64,000 nt of DNA from Eledone cirrhosa (lineage: Eukaryota): the NCBI GenBank assembly GCA_964016885.1, contig OZ024751.1:9300001-9364000 (forward strand), written 5' to 3'. Within the stretch, counting starts at the first letter, position 1. Every line of letters starts with the position of its first letter. This document shows, piece by piece, positions 56,245 through 64,000 of the stretch. The notes beneath the pieces are model-generated. The model searched no databases. It was not told the DNA's origin and saw nothing but the letters and a program-made list of their open reading frames with translations. The translations under genes and the position numbers were made by a program.

Positions 56245-56455
56245 TTGGCAGAATCGGTAGAGCGCCAGACAACATGCTTAGTGGCATAGAATTATGCCCT
56301 TCCCATTCTGAGTCCAAATTCCGCCGGGGTTAGCTTTGCTTTTCATCATTACGGGATCGATAACATAAAGTATCAGTAATGCACTGGGATTGATTTAATC
56401 GCCTTTCCCTTTCCTCCGAAAGTGTTGACCTTGTGCCTAAATCTGAAAACATTAT
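56245..56455 (+). mobile_element. SINE family B
   Basis: Family B motifs. Confidence 0.85.
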
Positions 56456-56564
56456 ATACTAGCTTCAGTTGCAGTTAAATATTTGATCAGAAGATCTAGC
56501 CTCATATTCAAAATTCAAATGAGGGAACTATTCCACAACCATTGGTTTTACATGTAGCTTTATG

Positions 56565-56815
56565 TGGAGGCATGTGGCTTAGGGGTAGGGGTAATGTACT
56601 TACAATCATAATGTCATGGGTTCGATTTCTGGACTGTATTGTGTGTTGTGTTCTTCAGCAAAACAATTCATTTCATCTTGCTCCAGTATACTCAGCTGAA
56701 AAAGTGTACCAACAATAGCTGGGAGTTTGGCCCTGCGATAGACTAATGTCTTGTCCAAGGGGGAAGACTTATACTCCCAGTCGCTTCAGGCGACGCTTGA
56801 TGAGCCTCTGGGCTT
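56565..56815 (+). mobile_element. SINE family A
   Basis: TGGAGGCATGTGGCTTAG...GGTTCGATTTC...CCCTGCGATAGACT. Confidence 0.85.
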
Positions 56816-56930
56816 ATTTGTGTTCTGTTTTGTTGTTTTGTTGTTGTTCAATCCTAGGTCAGCCCTAGCAAAAACAAATATTTAATTAAAAATGATATTC
56901 TACTTTTTTTCTCCAGATATAATATATAAT

Positions 56931-57112
56931 TGTTTTTACTTTTAGCACAAGGCCAGCAATTATTCCAGTGTATTACTGGTACTTTATTTTATCGACCCCG
57001 TAAAGATGAAAGGGAAAGTTAACCTTGGCGGGATTTGAACTCAGTCCGTAAAGGGACGTAACTGTGCTGCAAAGCATGGCGTCCGACCCTCCACCGATAC
57101 TGCCAATCCACC
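56931..57112 (-). mobile_element. SINE family B with TSD of up to 18 bp
   Basis: CCAGATATAATATATAAT at 56913-56930 and 57111-57128. Confidence 0.92.
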
Positions 57113-58177
57113 AGATATAATATATAATGAACTGTATTATCTCTTAAGGGTGTTGTTGGGTATTTAACGTATAGAACGCATTGGATTCCATTATTTATTA
57201 ACAGAATATTTCGTGGTATTTAATCTTATTGAACGCGTAAGGATGACAATCACAATTAAGCTCAGAACTATTTAGAATCAGAATATATATGTACATACAT
57301 TTAGCAATAATATTTGATGTTCAACCTATAGTACTAATCCTCCAGCCTTATGGCACTTGGTAATATTGACCAAAATTCTCAACTATAGCCTAATTTGGTT
57401 CTCTTTTTATATTGCTTCAGTGAGATTTCTTAATAACGTACATTGATAAGAGCACACCTATTTACGTCCAGATATATAGCTGTCTCTCCAATCTCTATTG
57501 TCGAGACACAGCTCGATAATTACAATTGAAAACAATAGTATCATTCAATGCCTGACTATTCATTAGATATAATTCATTTAAGAAACAAGAATTTAGTGTC
57601 TTGGCTTGCACATGAAATAAATACGTTTCTAACAATAGGATTCAATGTGAAGCATTTCAAATTTCCTAGCCATAGAATACGAAAATATTATTTTAGTGGT
57701 GTGGATGAGAGAGATATAAAAGTATTGGCTCTCAGATACACTGTGTTTACACGGTATGTGAAAATATTGGCTCTAGAGGCAATTCAATATATATAAGCAC
57801 TGTGTATATACGTTAGTTACTACGTTTCTTCATGACCAAGAGATACTTGACTTCATTGCTGTCAATGACGCCCATCTTCCTTTAAAATCTGAAATACTCT
57901 ATATATATGTCTACATTATTTATTCAGCATTGGTTTACTCCAATGACAGAACATTACTTACGTTGTCATCAAAGTTCTGAATTTTAGAGTTCAAATTTGA
58001 ATTGTTATATTCCTAACACATACCACGTAATGTGTGTATTGAGTTATATTCACATTTATTTCATCTTGGTGGTCAAATTGCAGGACTCTCGGCAGCATTT
58101 GAAGCTACTTACTTCAATCCTCAAACCAGAACATATTGAGACGTCAGCAATATATTTGATTGAACCATCTCAATTAA

Positions 58178-58632
58178 GTGGATGCACGTGGCCTAGTGGT
58201 AAGGTTATTGGATTTACGATCATAATATAGCGGGTTCGATACATGGGGTGCGTGTTGTGTTCTTGAGCAAAACACTCAATTTCACGTTGCTCCAGTATAC
58301 TCAGCTCTAAATGAGAAGCAGCAAAAGTTGGAATTTAACCGTGAGATGGACTGTACTCTCAGTCGTTTCACGCCGTGAAACCGGGAGAAGCACCTAACGA
58401 GGCTTCTGGCTTAAGACAGACTTTAGACACTGCGATGGACTGGCGTCCTGTCCAAGGGGGCAGTCTTGCACTCTCAGTCACGTCACGCTGTGGAACCGTG
58501 TTAAGCACCTAACGAGGCTTCTGCTTAAGCCAGACTTTAGACACTACAATGGCCTGGCGTCCTGTCCAGGCGGCAATCTTGTATTCTCAGTCGCTTCACG
58601 CCATGAGCTTTCTGGCTTAAGATAAATTTAAG
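58178..58632 (+). mobile_element. SINE family A with triplicated 3' half
   Basis: One tRNA head followed by three copies of the GATGGACTG...CTCTCAGTC...GGCTTAAG module. Confidence 0.88.
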
Positions 58633-58783
58633 ATTAGATCTCAATTAATTAATTATATTTTAGGTTTCTCGAAACAAGACATTTAAGAATACCTATATGT
58701 ATATATACATGTGAGTGTTTATATAAGTATAGGCGAGGGCAGTATTATATAGATTACTAGGATGATATGTCGATAGAGAGAGG

Positions 58784-59625
<842 letters not shown>

Positions 59626-60641
59626 ATGTCTCAATAAAGGAGTCAAATATTTTATGAACAATGCAAGTAAAATTTTAGTTTATTTCCTGTTATAAAGATA
59701 TTTCCTGACTATACGCATACCTATCTTTTTCTCACATCACCAACAATACTGTCTTTCATACATGTCGTGCCTGGTCGTCGTAAATTTATAATATTTCGTA
59801 ATCTTCTACTAACATCTCAAAGCTACACCAGTTTTATATACTTTGTTTTTATTTCGTATATATCATAAAAAAGAGAAGGCTAGCATTTCTTCTTAGCTTT
59901 ATCTAGCCTCTATCTAGTTAATCTCACATGCAGTTATTTATTATTTATTTGTGACGGTTCAGAAGGTTTCGACTGCTTTAAGAGAAATGGAAAGTGGATG
60001 TAAACATAACAATAGATTCTACGTTGTATTTAATAGCGTAATGTCGGTCGGCAACCAATGATTCCGGTTTGTCAATTTGAAGCATAAAACTATGAATAAT
60101 TGTCTTCTTTCAATGGACGGCGTCACAAAGATACACTAGAGTAACCTTGCCAAGTGTTTCCTCCAAGTACATGCCAGGAAGGAGAGGCCAGCAAGGCATA
60201 GCTATAAACAAGTTTAAGTTTTGGGTGAATTGCAAGTAAACGTTGTTCGTAATATCAACTTGTTTAGTTAAGTTCAGCTTACACTACACTCAAGAAATTT
60301 GCTTTACTAAAATCGATTTGAACTATAAGGCGAATGATGAGGCTTGGAGCAAAGCTAAGATAATGAATTATTATAAACTGAGAGTTCATTAACTTTATGT
60401 TGCTATTTTGTTTCAGTTCTCTCAGATAGTTTCCAGACAACAAATTGGCATGTTTCACACGTTAACCTTCTAAATGTTGGTGTTTGTTGAATCAATACAG
60501 ATTTTCGAACATAACTACTGTGTACACGAAAATGACAACAGAGGCCGAGATACAGAGTTCGAGTAGAATGTTATAGTTTGGTGCTGCGTGGATATGGAAT
60601 TAAATATAAAAGACAACGTGTTGGGTTATTTTGTCTATGGA

Positions 60642-61035
60642 AATAATTGTTTCTGTTTTTGTAACAAGGTCAGCAATTGGCCGAATGCAGGACTGGTGCA
60701 TTATTTTAACGACCACGATGAGATGAAAGGCAAAGTTAACTTCGGCGGGATTTGAACTCAGAATGGCAAGGGCCGTAAATCTATGCGTCAAAGCATGGTG
60801 TCAGACCCTCTACCGATACTACCAATCCACCGCCCTTAAATAACCCAGACATAATTGTTTCTACTTTTGGCACAAGGCCAGCAATTACCCCAGTGTATTA
60901 CTGGTACTTTATTTTATCGATTCCGTAAGGATGAAAGGCAAAATTAACCTCAGCGGGATTTGAACTCAGATCATAAAGGGCTGTAACTCTATGCTAAAAA
61001 TCATGGTGTCTGACTCTCTACCAATACTGCTGCCA
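60642..61035 (-). mobile_element. Two tandem SINE family B copies
   Basis: Copies at 60642-60834 and 60851-61035. Confidence 0.88.
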
Positions 61036-61204
61036 GAAAGCCAGGTGTCAATAATTATGTTATATTCGAGCAGAAATCGAAGTTGTGAAAGAGATTTGGC
61101 TTAGAATATGTTACCTCGTTCTTGGCAAAAACAAAAGCAAAAATGAGAATTCTTTCTTATTTTATGCCCGGACATGATGGACTAAATACTTGATAGATCT
61201 GGGC

Positions 61205-62380
61205 CTACATACACATCGGCATAGACACATGGTCACACCCACAGGTTGGCATAGACACATGGTCACACCCACACATAGGCATATACACTCATGGGCTTAA
61301 ATAGACATGGATATACAAACACAACAACATACATATAAATATTGACATATACACACATTGACATACACACAGATTGACATATGCACACACATGGACATAC
61401 ACTCAGATTGACATACACACACATGGACATACACACAGATTGACATACACACACATGGACATACACTCAGATTGACATACACACACATGGACATACACAC
61501 AGATTGACATATGCACACACATGGACATACACTCAGATTGACATATACAAACACATGGACATACACTCAGATTGTCATACACACACACATGGACATACAC
61601 TCAGATTGACATACACACAGATTAACATACACACACCTGGACATTCACAAACATGAACATACACACACATGGACATACACACATGGACTTACTCTCAGAT
61701 TGACATACACACACATGGACATACACTCAGATTGCCATATACACACACATGGACATACACTCAGATTGACATACACACAGATTGGCACACACTCAGATTG
61801 ACATACACACACATGGACATACACACACATGGACATACACACTTATGGACATACACACACATGGACATACGCACATGGACTTACTCTCAGATTGACATAT
61901 ACACACGCATGGACATACACTCAGATTGACATCCACACACATGGACATACACCCACATGGACATACACACACATGGACATACACACACATGGACATACAC
62001 TCAGATTGACAATCACACAGATTGGCACACACACAGATTGACATACACATCATGGACATACACACACATGGACATACACACACATGGACATACACACACA
62101 TGGACATACACACATGGACTTACTCTCAGATTGACATATACACACACATAGATATACACTCAGATTGACATATACACACACATGGACATACACTCAGATT
62201 GACAATCATACAGATTGGCACACACACAGATTGACATACACATCATGGACATACACACACATGGACATACACACACATGGACATACACACACATGGACAT
62301 ACACTCAGATTGACAATCATACATATTGGCACACACACAGATTGACATACACATCATGGACATACACACAGATTGGTATA
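61205..62380. repeat. Minisatellite, unit about CAGATTGACATACACACACATGGACATACACT
   Basis: Seen directly; built from GATTGACATACAC and ATGGACATACAC sub-units. Confidence 0.95.
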
Positions 62381-62545
62381 CAGGCGAGGAACATCTACAA
62401 TGTCTCTCATCATGTCGAGAGTTCAAATTAACAAACAAGTCGTCGATCTTGTAGCGAAGTGCTGAGAACCGTTCCAATATGTCTTGTAAACGAACTCATA
62501 AGACTCTCGACTGCATTGCAGGAATTACCAATTCTATAGTTTAGC

Positions 62546-62795
62546 GTGGAGGCGCGAGGTCTATTGGGTTCGATTCCTGGGTTGCAATTTTTGTTCTTGA
62601 GCAAAAAGCTCCATTTCAATGTTGCTCCCGTATACACAGTTGAAATGAGTACCAGCAATATCTGGGGGTTTAACCCTGCGTTGGACTGGCGTCCTGTCCA
62701 GGGGGGAGTCTTTTACTCTCAGTCGCTCAACATCATGATACCGGGATAAGCACTGGTCTAACGAGCCTTAAATTACTTCAGACATACTTTAGATA
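62546..62795 (+). mobile_element. SINE family A (internal deletion in the tRNA head)
   Basis: GGTTCGATTCC B box; CCCTGCGTTGGACTGGCGTCCTGTCCAGGG. Confidence 0.88.
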
Positions 62796-63957
62796 TTAGA
62801 TTATTCCTCGACGTGGTATAAATATGATTTACAGTTAACAATAATTTCATATTACATACAAAAATGATATTGATAATATAATTGACAGAATTTATCTTAG
62901 TGTATCATTGTTTAATTTATTGTAGTAAATTGCTGGCGAACCTAAGAGGGAGCCTGAATAAGTTGCCCGGCATGCTAGATAGAGCATCCAAATAGCCCTT
63001 AAATAGAAGGATGTGTAAGAAAGTGTAGATTAGGACTCAATCTGTGACTAGAGGACTCGACGTCTGCTCAATTGAAAGGAACACGAGACGAAACAGAAAC
63101 GCCGACTGAAGTTTAATTTGTTTAGCCCAAAGTATGAAATGCAAAGCAGCCGTTTAAAGTTTCAACTCGGCACGAATGTGAATATCAGTAAACCCTGTAA
63201 TGTATTTTATCAAGTAATCTACCGTCAAGCCATAACTAAGTCTCCATCTTTGAGCCTTATACACCTGGATAATGTTTTACCTTGAGAAAGGAGAAGGGTG
63301 GGGGTGGTAGTTGTAGCGCCGAAATTAATGGTTATATTGCTTCCATTATATTGCATCAACATTATAAAATTGGAATCGCAAATATTAAAAGTTATCTCTG
63401 ATGATTTCTATTGACAAACAGATCCAACACAGCCTGCAATATGACTGTTATAACGTAATGATACTTGAAACCGGAGCTCAAATATACTCTTCTGAGGAAC
63501 ATTGTAAAACATAATGAACCATCAGATTCAGATTCTGTAAAAATCATTCAAAAAGGCGTTCTGTTTATTCACAGCATAATAGCTCTTTTATTAAAGATGA
63601 TTAAACATTTTCAATAACGCTCCTTGGTCTAAATGCAATTTTACTTGATCATTTCTTTTGAAGCTGGCATTCTTAAATAAACAAAAGTGAAGGGTCAAGT
63701 GATTTGTTAGCTTGAAATTTTAATTCTCAATCGATGGCAAACGGATGCTTTCTCCGCTACAGCTGCGTTTCATTGTCAGAGTAAAGCAGCGAAATGAGAT
63801 CAATTATAATTTGAACCAGATTCGTTTCATTTACGTTGTCAAATATTTCGGAAATCAAGGAAAAGATTAGCTGCTGTTGTTTCTCCAATATGATAAAAAA
63901 AAACCATAGATGGATACTTCAGTTAATGGACTGAAGAAATAATTTCATTCAGAGTGT

Positions 63958-64000
63958 AATTCCAGGTAGTGCCGCTACTTCTCTGAATTGAGATATCATA
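63958..64000 (+). mobile_element. RTE-clade fragment running off the window end
   Basis: GCCGCTACTTCTCTGAATTGAGA matches 50209-50232. Confidence 0.6.

Noticed and set aside
61205-62380. Regular repeat array with Met/Asp/Tyr/His translations superficially like reflectin or a CRISPR array
   Set aside because: No unique spacers, no reflectin motif, frames frequently broken; CA-derived minisatellite.

Overview
AT-rich, repeat-saturated animal genomic DNA (intergenic or intronic). The SINE repertoire and extreme (TA)n/(CA)n microsatellite density suggest a coleoid cephalopod such as an octopus; this is inference. No intact host gene is recognisable, and nearly all long ORFs in the track are microsatellite or satellite artefacts. 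Real coding remnants all come from retrotransposons: a 5'-truncated CR1-type LINE (CCCH-finger ORF1 end plus APE/RT ORF2 with two frameshifts, 28.7-32.1 kb, minus strand), two Penelope-like element (PLE) GIY-YIG endonuclease 3' ends, several RTE-clade LINE fragments and several CRE-clade restriction-like endonuclease fragments. About 20 tRNA-derived SINE copies fall into three families. The most striking non-obvious signal is a dense cluster of type I hammerhead ribozyme motifs between about 12 and 42 kb: six with an intact catalytic core and many variants. They lie in short elements inserted into (TA)n tracts, often as inverted (foldback) pairs, including a perfect 355-bp palindrome with one hammerhead on each strand and a composite of a hammerhead with an opposite-strand tRNA-like cloverleaf. 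The CR1 ORF1/ORF2 overlap also has the layout of a programmed -1 ribosomal frameshift. All calls were made by eye, with no database searches or folding software.
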